Of a DNA stretch of 58,039 nt, positions 28,124 to 38,821 are shown piece after piece. The first letter of the stretch is position 1. Each line of letters begins with the position of its first letter. The notes below the pieces were generated by a model. The model worked only from the letters and a program-made list of their open reading frames with translations, did not search any database and had not been told where the DNA came from. Source of the stretch: a virus (Duplodnaviria > Caudoviricetes); the IMG/VR virus record IMGVR_UViG_3300037246_001186, positions 1 to 58,039 of that record. One strand, 5' to 3'. The position numbers were made by a program, and so were the translations under genes.

Positions 28124-28241
28124 GGTTATATACACTCCTTGAGTAGAAGTGCCTGGGGGCAACATACCCCCAGGCGCTGTTCATGTTTCCTCGATACTCT
28201 CAAAAAAGCCCGAGTAGACTTTTGGTACCGAGGAAGAGTTA

Positions 28242-28766
28242 CTAGCCGCCACTGACAACCGATCCGGAGTAGATCCGGTACGGAGTCTCAACCCCACTGA
28301 TGGTCGTCCGGTACAGCTGGAACGTCACCGGAGTAACCATCTGGTTCTCCTCCGACAACACAACGTCACCAAGCTCAACCGGCGCGGCCTTTTCGGCGAT
28401 CAGAGTCATGCTCCCATCGCGAGCGACGATCCGCAGCTCCTTGGCATTGGCGCGGAACGAATCCCCGGGCACTGCCTTCGGCAAGAGAACCACAGTCCCA
28501 CTCACCCCATCTTGGCTGGTAGCGAATGGATAGATGACCCCCGAAAGGGTAGGCAACCCAGTCGAGTCTGACACGGGGATGGTGAACATCGTCGTGTCAC
28601 CTCGGCGGAGAGTATCCACCGGATTGACGTTGCCCTCATCATTCGCCGTCAAATCCAAGTTCTCAAGAGTCGTGGACCATACCACGTCACCAAACACCCG
28701 AACCTGGGTGCCCCCAAAGTACACATCCGCGGACAGCCCGTGGACGGTATCTGTTGCAAACGCCAT
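28242..28766 (-). CDS. Major tail (tube) protein
   Basis: 174 aa, beta-rich, canonical position. Confidence 0.7.
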   Translation of the reverse strand: MAFATDTVHGLSADVYFGGTQVRVFGDVVWSTTLENLDLTANDEGNVNPVDTLRRGDTTMFTIPVSDSTGLPTLSGVIYPFATSQDGVSGTVVLLPKAVPGDSFRANAKELRIVARDGSMTLIAEKAAPVELGDVVLSEENQMVTPVTFQLYRTTISGVETPYRIYSGSVVSGG

Positions 28767-28767
28767 T

Positions 28768-29187
28768 CTATGTACCTCCGTCCTTTCTGATTAGTGCGTC
28801 AAAGTTCACGCTGAACATGAACCGCTCTGGTGGCTGTCCAGCTGACGGCCCCAGCGGGACCGATTGTGGCAGCGCAATCGCGCGAATCCACAGTACATCG
28901 TGACCCGCAAGAGTCACGCTGATTCGTTCATTCAATCTATCGTAGACAGCACGACACGCCGTCTGCCCACTCACCATATCGTTCGAGTCCACCAGCGCCT
29001 GGAAAGCATACTGCTCCTTGGCAGCGTGGGGGAACGGCAACCCTCCGGTCTGATTGATCACCACGTAGGTGTCGGCACCAGTCTCCCGGCGCAGGTTCTC
29101 TTGGATACAGACGCCAGACTGTGCATTGATCGTACCCACACTACCGGACACCAGATCGTCCACAACCGCTTTAAGGAAGTCAGCCAT
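28768..29187 (-). CDS. Tail terminator
   Basis: Size and position; 'TGG', 'FQALV', 'FSVNF' pattern. Confidence 0.7.
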   Translation of the reverse strand: MADFLKAVVDDLVSGSVGTINAQSGVCIQENLRRETGADTYVVINQTGGLPFPHAAKEQYAFQALVDSNDMVSGQTACRAVYDRLNERISVTLAGHDVLWIRAIALPQSVPLGPSAGQPPERFMFSVNFDALIRKDGGT

Positions 29188-29654
29188 TACCTTCGGCGCC
29201 TCCCACTCCGTCGTCTCCCAGCACCCCGGCGCCCGCCCTCAGCCCCTCGCCAAAACGCGATGAGTGCCTTGCCCAGATTCTTCGACATCGCATCCTGCAT
29301 GAACCGAAGAGGTCGCTCCATGTACTTAGGACCAGCGGGTCCAAGGTTGTTGCCAGGCTTGCGCCGCGTGCGTGGCCCTCTTGCATCTTCTGGATTCTCA
29401 TGCGCAGCGGCAGCATGCGAAACGTTGAACGTCACGCTAGCTATGATACGCTTCCCCTTATCCTCAACCCGAACAGTAGTACTTGCCTCCAGATCGCCAA
29501 TATCATGAGGTGCCAGCTCCACGGACAGTGCCTCAAGCGTATTCCCAAGGCGCAGCATCCCCTGCTCTGCAACGGTAGCGTACACCCCCGCGCCGAACTC
29601 GTCAATCATCTCAACGAGACCATCAATGGGTATGCTGAGACCTGACTCTGCCAC
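29187..29654 (-). CDS. HK97 gp10-like neck/tail completion protein
   Basis: APHDIGDLEAS, HAAAAHE, GPKYMERPL. Confidence 0.7.
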   Translation of the reverse strand: MAESGLSIPIDGLVEMIDEFGAGVYATVAEQGMLRLGNTLEALSVELAPHDIGDLEASTTVRVEDKGKRIIASVTFNVSHAAAAHENPEDARGPRTRRKPGNNLGPAGPKYMERPLRFMQDAMSKNLGKALIAFWRGAEGGRRGAGRRRSGRRRR

Positions 29655-29974
29655 TACACCCTCTCCTGAAGCTGCAATCCAATATGATCCACGACCCCAC
29701 GATCACTCCGACCGGGGATGACCTTCAATACGATGTAGGTTACGGCACTCACCACCATCTGATCGCGTCTCTCTACGTCAGTGCCCGCAGGCACGAAGGC
29801 CAGCGCGTCGGTGGAGTTGACCTCGCCTGTGGTACTGATGAGGGCCTGCATCTTACGATCAAAGAACGCACACTTGATCGAAGTAGTAGTCTCTCCAGCT
29901 ATGAGCTGGTTACGCTCATTCAGCGTAGGTCGCGACAACAAGGCGGGCGTCCGCATCCGAATTGCTGTGCCCAT
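29654..29974 (-). CDS. Head closure protein
   Basis: 106 aa beta protein; 'DVERRDQMVV...YIV'. Confidence 0.65.
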   Translation of the reverse strand: MGTAIRMRTPALLSRPTLNERNQLIAGETTTSIKCAFFDRKMQALISTTGEVNSTDALAFVPAGTDVERRDQMVVSAVTYIVLKVIPGRSDRGVVDHIGLQLQERV

Positions 29975-31317
29975 CAGCTACACTCCTGATCACTGAACCA
30001 GTTGCTGGTTCCTGCTACTAACCACGCCGCACCAACGGCATCGTCTTTCCAATCGGGGATACCCTCTGTATCCATCCAATCCGGTCCAATGGCACTGTCA
30101 AGCCAATCTGGTGGGAACTCGGGGTCATACCAGTCACACGGCCCTCTCGCTACTTTCGCTACAGTGATGCGAAGCGTCGCCACAAGAGTCTCCAGTGGCC
30201 GACTCGTCTGCAACTGGATGAACTGCGCAGTCGGAGGAGCCACCCGCCACACCTGTACATCAATGATATCCCCATCATCAAGTTCATCGGCATACAGCTG
30301 ATTACAGAACTCAAGCTCAGTCTCTACCTGACCAGTAGGCCAGTCGGCGAAGGCTGTCTCTGACTCGGGGGTCTGACCACCCACTCCATTGAGCCATGTA
30401 CCTGTTCCAATCCGACCAACGAACTCTGTAGTGTCAACTCCTTGCGTCAAGCCTGTACTCTCTCGCGTCTTGATCCCAGTGCTAGTGCTGGTCACATCCT
30501 GATACGCACCACTATTCAAGCTGTACATCTGAATGAACTGAGCCTCATCCTCCCACGGAAGATCCGACTGAATCAACCACCGCGGTCGAAAGCCATTCTG
30601 GCCTCCAATGAATCCATCCCCTGAAGCAAACAGTGTCACGTCAGTGTTAACCGGTGCTAGCCACGTCGCCCCACCACTTCCTGGTGCTAGGTTCTCTGGA
30701 CCATTGTTCGCTCTAACTCTGAAGGCAGCCTGTGTCCAGTCGTCACCGATGCGTTGCCTCCTAATAATGACATTAGGAGTGTTATCATATCCAGCCTGAA
30801 ACACATCACCATTGCTCTCGCGAAGCCTGAAGTTGATCGAATCGTCTTGATCATTGCTTACCTTAAAGCGTAAAGAGACCTCAACCTCTGCTTGTCTCTT
30901 GACTCCCTCGAAAGGTATATTGCCTGTAAATTGACCTGACCGCATGGCCGCATTATTGTCATCTACATAGAAGGCTGCACCAACTGTTGCGATACTCCTT
31001 GGAACATCATCATTATGATCATAAAAGTCATTCGATGGATCAAAGTCAACTTCAACAAAAGCTGAGCTAGTGCTGACAACAACAAATCCAGTGCTATTTC
31101 TATTTCTATGCCATCTGAGTGCAACACCATCAGGACTGCTACTCTCTACCGTTGCCCGGAGGCGCATGATTCCGCCAGTGAAGTTATTAGCCGCCACCTC
31201 CCAAGGTATTGACTCATTGATCTCGCCTGCATGAGTAGCCTCACCATCTGCCAAGCCACCATCATTAAACTTAACCACAAAGTTCACTTGAGACAGGTCA
31301 TTATCAGGAACTCTCAT
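29974..31317 (-). CDS. Probable virion structural protein with an internal duplication
   Basis: Beta-rich; two similar halves (EVEVSL...DSINFRL / ELEFC...DIIDVQV); C-terminal P-D-W repeats. Confidence 0.55.
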   Translation of the reverse strand: MRVPDNDLSQVNFVVKFNDGGLADGEATHAGEINESIPWEVAANNFTGGIMRLRATVESSSPDGVALRWHRNRNSTGFVVVSTSSAFVEVDFDPSNDFYDHNDDVPRSIATVGAAFYVDDNNAAMRSGQFTGNIPFEGVKRQAEVEVSLRFKVSNDQDDSINFRLRESNGDVFQAGYDNTPNVIIRRQRIGDDWTQAAFRVRANNGPENLAPGSGGATWLAPVNTDVTLFASGDGFIGGQNGFRPRWLIQSDLPWEDEAQFIQMYSLNSGAYQDVTSTSTGIKTRESTGLTQGVDTTEFVGRIGTGTWLNGVGGQTPESETAFADWPTGQVETELEFCNQLYADELDDGDIIDVQVWRVAPPTAQFIQLQTSRPLETLVATLRITVAKVARGPCDWYDPEFPPDWLDSAIGPDWMDTEGIPDWKDDAVGAAWLVAGTSNWFSDQECS

Positions 31318-31336
31318 AGCTAGTTACTCAGATCCT

Positions 31337-31948
31337 CTAAACACGACCAGCACGTCGATTCAACTCGATACGCAATGGTTCCTCTACTACATCACTGATG
31401 AATGGGTGAAAGGGATAGCCCATGTTGCGCGCATCAAAGATGGCCTGCTGAATGATCTCCAGTTTATTCATACCTGTATCAGCCACTGCTCCATTCAGCA
31501 TCTCAAGAATCTCATCACGATTCATGATTGCGTTTGGGAAACGCTTGTCTTTTCTAACTATCTCCTGAGTTCTATAGAACTCACCATCAGGCACCCACTT
31601 ACCATGAATCTGAACAAAGGACTCACCATCACCAGTCCGATCATTCACACCCTTCTGATCACCACCAACAAAGGCACCCTCAGTACGCGCACCTCCCTCG
31701 GGAGCTGCTCTCAGATAGAGGATATAATCATCATCGGCTACCTCTCGCCTATCACCCCACTCATCTGTGTAGGTACAGAACGTGCCCAACCGTCGAGGTG
31801 CGTCCCAAGGCTCACCATCAAGATGACTGAACTCATCCGCATTGGTGAACTCACCATTGATGAACGTACCCTCACGATATCGAATAACCCATGCTCTGGG
31901 CCTGGGTGCGTCGTTATCTCTCGGTGCTGAGTCCTCATAAAGCGGCAC
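31337..31948 (-). CDS. Hypothetical protein in the neck region
   Basis: Clean ORF with GGAGG SD. Confidence 0.6.
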   Translation of the reverse strand: MPLYEDSAPRDNDAPRPRAWVIRYREGTFINGEFTNADEFSHLDGEPWDAPRRLGTFCTYTDEWGDRREVADDDYILYLRAAPEGGARTEGAFVGGDQKGVNDRTGDGESFVQIHGKWVPDGEFYRTQEIVRKDKRFPNAIMNRDEILEMLNGAVADTGMNKLEIIQQAIFDARNMGYPFHPFISDVVEEPLRIELNRRAGRV

Positions 31949-31950
31949 TC

Positions 31951-32649
31951 TTACAACCTCCCGGTCACCTTCAGGAGATCGCGAAGGATCGCCTTTGTCT
32001 TGGGTGCGATGAACCGCGCCATCCCATGATTCAACGTAGGAATCCGAGTCTCACTGTACCCACTGCCATACGTTCTCGACTGGACATCGGCCTCCTCGTT
32101 GGTGCTGACGGCGGTGTCGCCCAAACCGTACTCCTCGCTCCCGAAGTGGATTCCATACTCCACCTGGAAAGCCACAGCCTGCTCCAGCACGTCAGGTAGC
32201 CTCGGAGAACCAAAGGGATCCTGGTCCACGAAGCGAGGGAACTTGCTCTCCTGATGAACCATGAACTCAGTCGTTTCCGACAGCGCCACAGTGAACCCAG
32301 TGAGTAGCGTGACTGAATCGGTAGTACTGGCAATGATCTGACGCTTCTGACCAGCGCCGGATTCATTCAAGAGGTGGACGTACACACCGCCCTTCGCCCA
32401 GTAGTTGGGGCGACGATCACCAAACGTGGTTGAAGGGAGAGTCGTGGAGCCGGAGGCTACCACGGCAGAGGGCTTACCGGTGAGGTCATGTGCGATGAAC
32501 CGCACATGCTTCCCCACATAGGCGTCGATCAAGACCTCAGCGTCGTTGATAAACTTCACCGACAACGCCTCGTCTGTGACGCCAGACATCGTATGGATGT
32601 AACCAGCGAGGGCGGAGGGTGCGATATAATTGAACTTCGATGTCGCCAA
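31951..32649 (-). CDS. Head-tail adaptor with an inserted beta domain
   Basis: 'INDAEVLIDAYVG', 'FPR', 'LPDVLEQAVAFQVEY', 'APKTKAIL'; follows the capsid gene. Confidence 0.75.
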   Translation of the reverse strand: MATSKFNYIAPSALAGYIHTMSGVTDEALSVKFINDAEVLIDAYVGKHVRFIAHDLTGKPSAVVASGSTTLPSTTFGDRRPNYWAKGGVYVHLLNESGAGQKRQIIASTTDSVTLLTGFTVALSETTEFMVHQESKFPRFVDQDPFGSPRLPDVLEQAVAFQVEYGIHFGSEEYGLGDTAVSTNEEADVQSRTYGSGYSETRIPTLNHGMARFIAPKTKAILRDLLKVTGRL

Positions 32650-32670
32650 CTGTTACCCTCCGTGCTGCAC

Positions 32671-32704
32671 AAAAGCCCCGCCCGCCACACAGGCAGACGG
32701 GGCT
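32671..32704 (-). terminator. Intrinsic terminator after the major capsid gene
   Basis: AGCCCCGTCTGCC-loop-GGCGGGCGGGGCT followed by TTT. Confidence 0.75.
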
Positions 32705-32738
32705 ATGATTCTTTCAATGCGACTCAGCAACCAACCTG

Positions 32739-33545
32739 CTACGGTCGATCAATGACCACCATCAGATTGGAGTCGATGGTCTTCTGACCCCAGATCGCTC
32801 GACCGGAGTAACCGACCGAGAAGTGGCGCGGCTGGTCGAACACCCGAACGTCGATCGTCCGGAGCATGGCCATGGCCAGCGCAACCCGGTGCATGCAGAT
32901 GGCGTCGCCGCCAGTGGCAACCGGGATGTTGTTCGACATGAAGACTTCAAGGCCGAGGACCGTACCAATGAAGCCAGTCTTGTTGATCGTTGAACCAGCA
33001 ACTGCGTCTGCTCGCACGAAGTCATTGGTATTCAAGAGGTCCGAGTAGGCGTTGGGATTCACGACGAGAACGCGATCCGTCTGCGGGGCGTTGTTCTCAT
33101 TGAGGATCTCAATGGCCGAGACCAGCGTGGCCTTGTTGACGGCGCCAGACAGCGTGGTCCCTGCGTTGGCCGCTTCCGCGAAAACGAACTGGTCGATGAC
33201 CGATGCGAGTGCAGCGGAGCGCTGCTTCAGGATCGACTCGCCGAGGGCGACGTTGGCCTGATCCTGCTCTGCATAGCGAACCTGGAAATGGAAGCCCTTC
33301 TCCTTGTCCAGATTCAGCAAGAGAGTGGACTCCGTTGCGTCATCCGGACTGTCGATCAGATTCGACACGTCGTCGATCTGCGCCGTGCTGTACTGGAACT
33401 TCGGAATCCGCACGGCCTCCGCAGCTCCACCTGGATCGACCCAAGTAAGGTTCACGACTTGAGGCGCAATCGCAGCAGCCGCAAACTCTAGGTATGCGAC
33501 ATCACTGAAGCGTGTCGGATAGAAGTTGTTGAAAACGTTGGCCAT
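32739..33545 (-). CDS. Major capsid protein (HK97 fold, P22-coat-like)
   Basis: VRIPK, LNLDKEKGFHF, LNENNAP..DRVLVVNP..YSDLL, GFIGTVLGLEVFMSNNIP. Confidence 0.88.
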   Translation of the reverse strand: MANVFNNFYPTRFSDVAYLEFAAAAIAPQVVNLTWVDPGGAAEAVRIPKFQYSTAQIDDVSNLIDSPDDATESTLLLNLDKEKGFHFQVRYAEQDQANVALGESILKQRSAALASVIDQFVFAEAANAGTTLSGAVNKATLVSAIEILNENNAPQTDRVLVVNPNAYSDLLNTNDFVRADAVAGSTINKTGFIGTVLGLEVFMSNNIPVATGGDAICMHRVALAMAMLRTIDVRVFDQPRHFSVGYSGRAIWGQKTIDSNLMVVIDRP

Positions 33546-33608
33546 CTGCTATTCATCTCCTGCAAAGGCCCATAGGTGGGCCGGGTTTACCAACCCAGCC
33601 ACCGAGAG

Positions 33609-34277
33609 CTAGTTGCTCTGTGCGAAGGAGTTGGCGTTGACCGCCTTGGGCCATGTGTGTTCTGAGCGCTTTGCTCGCGCTTGAAAATCCTCAGTCAGTC
33701 GTACTTCCACTGGAGTCGCGAGGTACTCCTCCATCGTAATCAAGTCGTCACCACCACCCTGATTCGCGGGGTTGGAGGGAGTCACTGGCCGACGCGGAGG
33801 CGCCGGAGTCTCATCTCCCGATGGGGCTGGCTTTTCCTTCTTGAAGAGTGCGGGATACTTGGTGACGACTGCTGAAACCGCGGCATCCACGGCGCCCGCT
33901 TCGGGGGTGCCAGCGTCATCCGTCGGAATCGCATCCAGATCAACCAAACCACGCAGTGCCGACGCCTGCTCTCCCGCGAAGCCACTGGCTCCAATCGCAT
34001 CGGAGAGCTGATTGCCAATGGAAAGCTTGGTTACTCGGGCTTCTGCCACGGCTACACGATCATTGGCGATCTGAAGAGCCGCGTCCATGTTCCCAGCGCT
34101 CTGCTCAGCTGCCTGGCGTCGGGCTGATTCAGCCTCGACTTCCGCGTCAGCTTGCTTCTTCGCGGCTGCCTTGAGCCGTCGATTCTCGCCTTGCATCGCG
34201 TCATGCTCTGCCTGGCTGATGGCAACATGGCCTTCGGGGAGTTCGTTGGTGCCTTGCCCTTCTTCTTCCTTGGCCAT
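33609..34277 (-). CDS. Capsid scaffolding protein
   Basis: Ala/Glu coiled coil, 'KYPALF', Pro-rich tail; upstream of the capsid gene. Confidence 0.8.
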   Translation of the reverse strand: MAKEEEGQGTNELPEGHVAISQAEHDAMQGENRRLKAAAKKQADAEVEAESARRQAAEQSAGNMDAALQIANDRVAVAEARVTKLSIGNQLSDAIGASGFAGEQASALRGLVDLDAIPTDDAGTPEAGAVDAAVSAVVTKYPALFKKEKPAPSGDETPAPPRRPVTPSNPANQGGGDDLITMEEYLATPVEVRLTEDFQARAKRSEHTWPKAVNANSFAQSN

Positions 34278-34370
34278 GGATATCGCTCCATCGGGTCTAC
34301 AGCTATACAGGCCTGATACATCCGGCTGTGTGCGGATGGGCCTCTCCCGATCAAGTCGGGGAATCTCTTA

Positions 34371-34388
34371 CACTCATTACATTAACGA
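34371..34388 (-). promoter_or_regulatory. Putative late promoter element, copy 1
   Basis: TCGTTAATGTAATGAGTG upstream of the scaffold/capsid genes; near-identical copy at 41546-41563. Confidence 0.5.
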
Positions 34389-35245
34389 CCAGTCCTCGCT
34401 GAACGCGGCGTTCTTGGTATTAAATCAGAGTTTCTGCCCAGGATCGGCAGGGGGATCGAGGGCGCCGGGATCGTCGGGAAGCCTACGGGCAGCGGAGGCT
34501 GCTCGACATCCACGCCGATGGCAACCACGTAGCGGTGCTGGCAGTTGGGATGGAACAGGCCAGCGGCTCTAGCGTCGTCCACAGTCGGGAGATTGGGTGT
34601 AGCTCCGGTCAGCGACAGCAGCTCTCCCTCCCAAGCTCGGCAAACATCGTGTAGGGTGCCATTGGCAATCACCCTCACCACATCGACTCCGTTGGAGAGG
34701 TACCGCGTCCGGAACGACTCGCGGCGAGCCTCAGCCACAGCAGTCCGGCCCAGCATCTCGGCGTAGCGCCCAACACGCCAGAAGCGCCCAGAGGGCGTCT
34801 GAACCATCGGCCCATCGCGCCCCATGCGGACCACACCATCGGCATCCAGGGCAGCGATTACGGCATCGAAGCCCTCAAAGCGATTGCCCAACACCAAGGA
34901 TCTGGAGATGGCATCTCGAACGAAAGACAGATCTGAGCTGATTCGCCCTTCGAGTGCAGCCAGCGATTGCGTCTCAAGCTGCGTCAGTGGCAGATTCGAG
35001 CCGCGCCCCGCGGCGCCCAGAGTGCGCTCCGCCGCCTCGGATCCAACACGAAACTCGCCTCCTACATTGTCACCAGCCCACCTCTCAGTGCGAGCACCCA
35101 TCGTCGCCAAGTCGCGCCGAAGGCGTCGAAGAACCCTTTCGATATCCACTCTATTCTGTGTACCTCGGGCAAGGCGAAATAGGTCTTCTAGTTGCCTCTC
35201 TACGCGCTCATACATCGCGACCAATCGGTCAGCTGATCTCGGCAT
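34382..35245 (-). CDS. Minor capsid/head morphogenesis protein (MuF-like)
   Basis: YAEMLGRT, CRAWEG, GLFHPNCQH. Confidence 0.85.
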   Translation of the reverse strand: MPRSADRLVAMYERVERQLEDLFRLARGTQNRVDIERVLRRLRRDLATMGARTERWAGDNVGGEFRVGSEAAERTLGAAGRGSNLPLTQLETQSLAALEGRISSDLSFVRDAISRSLVLGNRFEGFDAVIAALDADGVVRMGRDGPMVQTPSGRFWRVGRYAEMLGRTAVAEARRESFRTRYLSNGVDVVRVIANGTLHDVCRAWEGELLSLTGATPNLPTVDDARAAGLFHPNCQHRYVVAIGVDVEQPPLPVGFPTIPAPSIPLPILGRNSDLIPRTPRSARTGR

Positions 35246-35275
35246 CTAAAAAGCCCTTAAAAAGCCCGAGTAGAC

Positions 35276-37204
35276 TTAATTTTCTTCGCCAGTTTCCTCA
35301 TCAGTCTTGTCATCGCCACCACCCCCACCAAACGGTGTTGGCTTGGTTGCCTCGAACTCGGGTGTGCCTGCTTGAGACAGAACGCTGTTGGCCTCAGCTG
35401 AACTCATCCCATACGCGATCTCCAGCAGCGCAACTCCAGAGTCCCTTGGGATCCGGCCGCTAGCGACTGCCACGATCGTGTCAATCAGCGCCTTCATCTG
35501 ACCACCATTCGGCAGATTCTTCTGGATCTCGGACTGAACGCCCAGTCCCGGATCGCCAGTGAGGTCCGCACCCTCTTCCTCGCCACCTGTCTCAAGCTCA
35601 TCCTTGACGGCAACAGCGGCACCCGCTGTGGTAGCGGGTGACCCATGGAACGTCGCGGCGCCAGCCGCGGCCTCATCCACGCGATCTTGAAGGATCTCGT
35701 CCAACTCAGCATCTGCCTCGTTCGGGGTGAGATTGTCCAAGTCACGAACAGCCCTCTTCGTGCTCACCAGTCCAGCGTGCTTGCGGGCCACGTAGTCCTC
35801 AACTTCCTGCGTCTGGTCCTCCAGAATCGGATCTCCGAAGTGTGGCGTAACACCAGACTTCTTATAACCGTTCTTGCCATCATCCTTGAGCGCAGCCAGC
35901 TCCATCTTCTGACCAATCCGGAAGATCGACTCGATGGTGTGCGCCAACACCACGCGCACGTCCTGGACCTTGTTGACTGTTCTATGAGCCTTGAACCGCA
36001 GCGCACGGGCCGACTCAACCTGCGACCCATCACGCTCCAAACCGAAGGAAGCAGGGCTGGTCTCAGAGATCATGAACAGGTACTCTTCTAGCTTCTCAAT
36101 CTCCTTCTCAGCACCAGTCAGTTGGGTGTTCCACGTCAGATACTCAGGCTTGACAGCCTTCTCAAAGATGTCGGGGGACACCTCGATCACGTCGAAGTCG
36201 CGCAGATTCGCACGCCCCTGCGAGTCCAAGATTCCGGGGCCAACGATCAGCTTCGGTCGGGCATGCTTCTCCAACACCTCGTCCACCTGCGCCAGCCTGT
36301 TCTCCAGGCTGAGTACCAGCGGGGTGATGCGGTTGACCTCGGACTCGCCGAAGTGCTCACCTGCCTTGACTTGAAAACCAAGGTGCAAGAGCGGAATCTC
36401 GTCGATACCAGTGGAGTAGTCCTCCAACTCTGGGAACGCAACCTTCACGTTCAGCTTCGCGCCTACCTTCGCACCATCCCATCGGTGGAGGTGGAACGCC
36501 ACCTCGCCAGGAGTGTGAATCTCGCGCAACACCATCATGTCGCCTGTCCGTGTCTGCACACCCTTGCGCGGATGTGCCTTAGCGTCAAACGGAAACACCC
36601 ACGCGAGGGTAATCCCATCGATGCGAGTCTTGTCAAGTGGATTCACCTCTGGAAAGTAGTGCGTTGGCTTAACGTAGCGAACCATCGCCTGCGGGATCGT
36701 TACACCAGTCTCTTCATCAACCTTATCCTCGATGTCCAGGCGAAGCACTGCATCGCCGTACACAGGGAGCGCCTCGGTGGTCTGCTTCAGCAGCTCACCC
36801 AGGTGTGACGCCTTCGTGATCCGATTGACGGTGGCCTGCGCATCTTCCAAGTTGTCGCCAGACGCATTGCCAAGAGCCCTAGCTCTAATATGGAACTCCT
36901 GACTCACAGTGTAGTCGCGCATGAGGCGCCCGAACATCCCGGGGAAGTCAAGCGGAATCCAGAACTTCTCAGTGTCGGAGTCAACCCCTCCAGTCCCAGT
37001 GCGCAGCGACTTGAAGGCCGCAAGGTGATTCTTCGGATCCATCATCACCTCTGCGTTGATATACCCCGCAATGCGCTTCTTCGCTGGAGCATCCGGGACG
37101 TAATAGATCTGCCCCGGGGTGTGTGCCCCTGCAATCTCACGCTCCCCACCTCCGGGCAACCGCCCAGTGAACACATCACCTACACCGAATCCAGACTGCA
37201 TCAT
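35276..37204 (-). CDS. Portal protein (SPP1-like) with a C-terminal extension
   Basis: Follows TerL with ATGA overlap; YGDAVL, PEYLTWN, ESARAL, GLVSTKRAV. Confidence 0.88.
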   Translation of the reverse strand: MMQSGFGVGDVFTGRLPGGGEREIAGAHTPGQIYYVPDAPAKKRIAGYINAEVMMDPKNHLAAFKSLRTGTGGVDSDTEKFWIPLDFPGMFGRLMRDYTVSQEFHIRARALGNASGDNLEDAQATVNRITKASHLGELLKQTTEALPVYGDAVLRLDIEDKVDEETGVTIPQAMVRYVKPTHYFPEVNPLDKTRIDGITLAWVFPFDAKAHPRKGVQTRTGDMMVLREIHTPGEVAFHLHRWDGAKVGAKLNVKVAFPELEDYSTGIDEIPLLHLGFQVKAGEHFGESEVNRITPLVLSLENRLAQVDEVLEKHARPKLIVGPGILDSQGRANLRDFDVIEVSPDIFEKAVKPEYLTWNTQLTGAEKEIEKLEEYLFMISETSPASFGLERDGSQVESARALRFKAHRTVNKVQDVRVVLAHTIESIFRIGQKMELAALKDDGKNGYKKSGVTPHFGDPILEDQTQEVEDYVARKHAGLVSTKRAVRDLDNLTPNEADAELDEILQDRVDEAAAGAATFHGSPATTAGAAVAVKDELETGGEEEGADLTGDPGLGVQSEIQKNLPNGGQMKALIDTIVAVASGRIPRDSGVALLEIAYGMSSAEANSVLSQAGTPEFEATKPTPFGGGGGDDKTDEETGEEN

Positions 37205-38712
37205 CGAAGCTGCCTCCCTACTCTCGCAACGCGCGTGCGTTGTCGTGAAATCAAAATCAGCGCCCATACGAGGGCGTCCACGCAGTCATCCATTCCGGGA
37301 ACGTTATGCGCAGTCGGAAACGCCATCATCTCTTCGATGAGGCGCTGTACTCCATTGTGCTCGGTGGGCTCTTCAAGATAGACTCTTAGGTTCTCAAAGA
37401 ACTTCCGGACTCCGGAAGCCCTCCCCACCTTGTCCTTGCCTTGCGTCTGCATCGGTCGCAGACTCGTAATCATGCCATAGAGACCGGGCGCCTGCTTCAT
37501 CGCTTGGATCAAGAACTCCATGCCTCCTACGTTCTCGACTCCAATCTGCTCTGGCGCATACGCCTTCTTCAGGTACTGAGCCCTAGCGATGATCTCCTTC
37601 TCAGTCCACTGCCCCCGCACCACGTTGCGCACGTAGAAGTACGGTGCCACATACGACAACACCACGAAGGCACAATAGTCATTCTTGAGACCGGCCTTGA
37701 TGGCGGGATCGAGAGCGATAACCGTGCGCGCTCTCCGGCGCGACTCCAGTGGCAGCTCGTTCCACTTCGCGAAGCGCTCCACCCACTCATTCTCAAAGAA
37801 CTCACCCAGAAGTAGATCGACCTGGTTCTGATACTGAGTAGCGAAGGCGATAGCACCAATCTCATGCTTGATCTCCCCCAGGACCTTGGTGCTGAACAAC
37901 TGAGGCCAGTAACTGATCTCCTTGCCAGTCTTCCCGGTCAGCGCCGGAGTCAGGCGCAGGTTCCAGGCGCCATCGTCAGCCCACCCCTTGACGGTCTGGT
38001 ACCAGTCTCCAGGGTGATACCGGGTGCCACATCCAATAGTTCGAGCCCATGGCTCATGCGTTGGCTTGACAGTGAACTTCCAGAAGTCGTCGATGCGCTT
38101 GCGCTGAAGCTCAGTCCGAGCGTTGTCGAGAGTCACATAGTCATCGGCGAGCACTATGTCATAGTGACCACCTGTCACCTTGCTGCCTAGCCCCATCGCG
38201 GTAAAGGTGCCTTCTCGTAGGTTGGCGGTGCGAAGGGAAGTGTCGGACTTTGTATTAGTCCAGCGCTTGCCCACTAGGTGACCAAACAGGTCGGTAATGC
38301 GCTGGCTCTCCAAGATCTGCTTGGCCTGCCAGTGCAGCTCCTCAGCCTTGTCAGCTGAGTTACCAGTCAGCGCAATGCGGATGTTCCATGGTCCAATCGG
38401 ATGGGGTGACTCAGGGAACAGATCGCCAATAGCTGGATCCATGTTCTTAGGATCGGCTATCGCCAACCATGTCACAAACAGCAAAGCGGTAGTGGATTTA
38501 CCACTACCGCGGGGTGCTAACCAGAAGGACCGGGGGTTGTGCAGGAAGTCTTCAAGAGCATCACCGTGGAATGGCTCCACGAACAGCCCCTGGTGTACCA
38601 TGAGGTTACGGGGGTGACGCTCGATGAATGCTCGGACAACCTCGGGATGGACAGCCGCCAGCTCGTCGAGGAGCTTAACCCTTTCGGCTGGATCTGTCGG
38701 TAGATCGATCAT
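37201..38712 (-). CDS. terL: Terminase large subunit
   Basis: APRGSGKST Walker A, VLADD Walker B, GTRYH, ALDPA, DDCVDAL nuclease motifs. Confidence 0.93.
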   Translation of the reverse strand: MIDLPTDPAERVKLLDELAAVHPEVVRAFIERHPRNLMVHQGLFVEPFHGDALEDFLHNPRSFWLAPRGSGKSTTALLFVTWLAIADPKNMDPAIGDLFPESPHPIGPWNIRIALTGNSADKAEELHWQAKQILESQRITDLFGHLVGKRWTNTKSDTSLRTANLREGTFTAMGLGSKVTGGHYDIVLADDYVTLDNARTELQRKRIDDFWKFTVKPTHEPWARTIGCGTRYHPGDWYQTVKGWADDGAWNLRLTPALTGKTGKEISYWPQLFSTKVLGEIKHEIGAIAFATQYQNQVDLLLGEFFENEWVERFAKWNELPLESRRRARTVIALDPAIKAGLKNDYCAFVVLSYVAPYFYVRNVVRGQWTEKEIIARAQYLKKAYAPEQIGVENVGGMEFLIQAMKQAPGLYGMITSLRPMQTQGKDKVGRASGVRKFFENLRVYLEEPTEHNGVQRLIEEMMAFPTAHNVPGMDDCVDALVWALILISRQRTRVARVGRQLR

Positions 38713-38821
38713 TCAACAGTCTCTTCAGATTGTCTCGGATGTCCAGCAGCACCTCCAGCAGGAGCGCCCACTTCGGGCCGAACTGTAAGGCTGTACTGAG
38801 TACTTCCTTCCGAGGCCTCAT
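38675..38821 (-). CDS. Small hypothetical protein (48 aa, below the ORF-track cut-off)
   Basis: MRPRKEVL...LLEVLLDIRDNLKRLL; ATGA coupling. Confidence 0.45.
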   Translation of the reverse strand: MRPRKEVLSTALQFGPKWALLLEVLLDIRDNLKRLLNDRSTDRSSRKG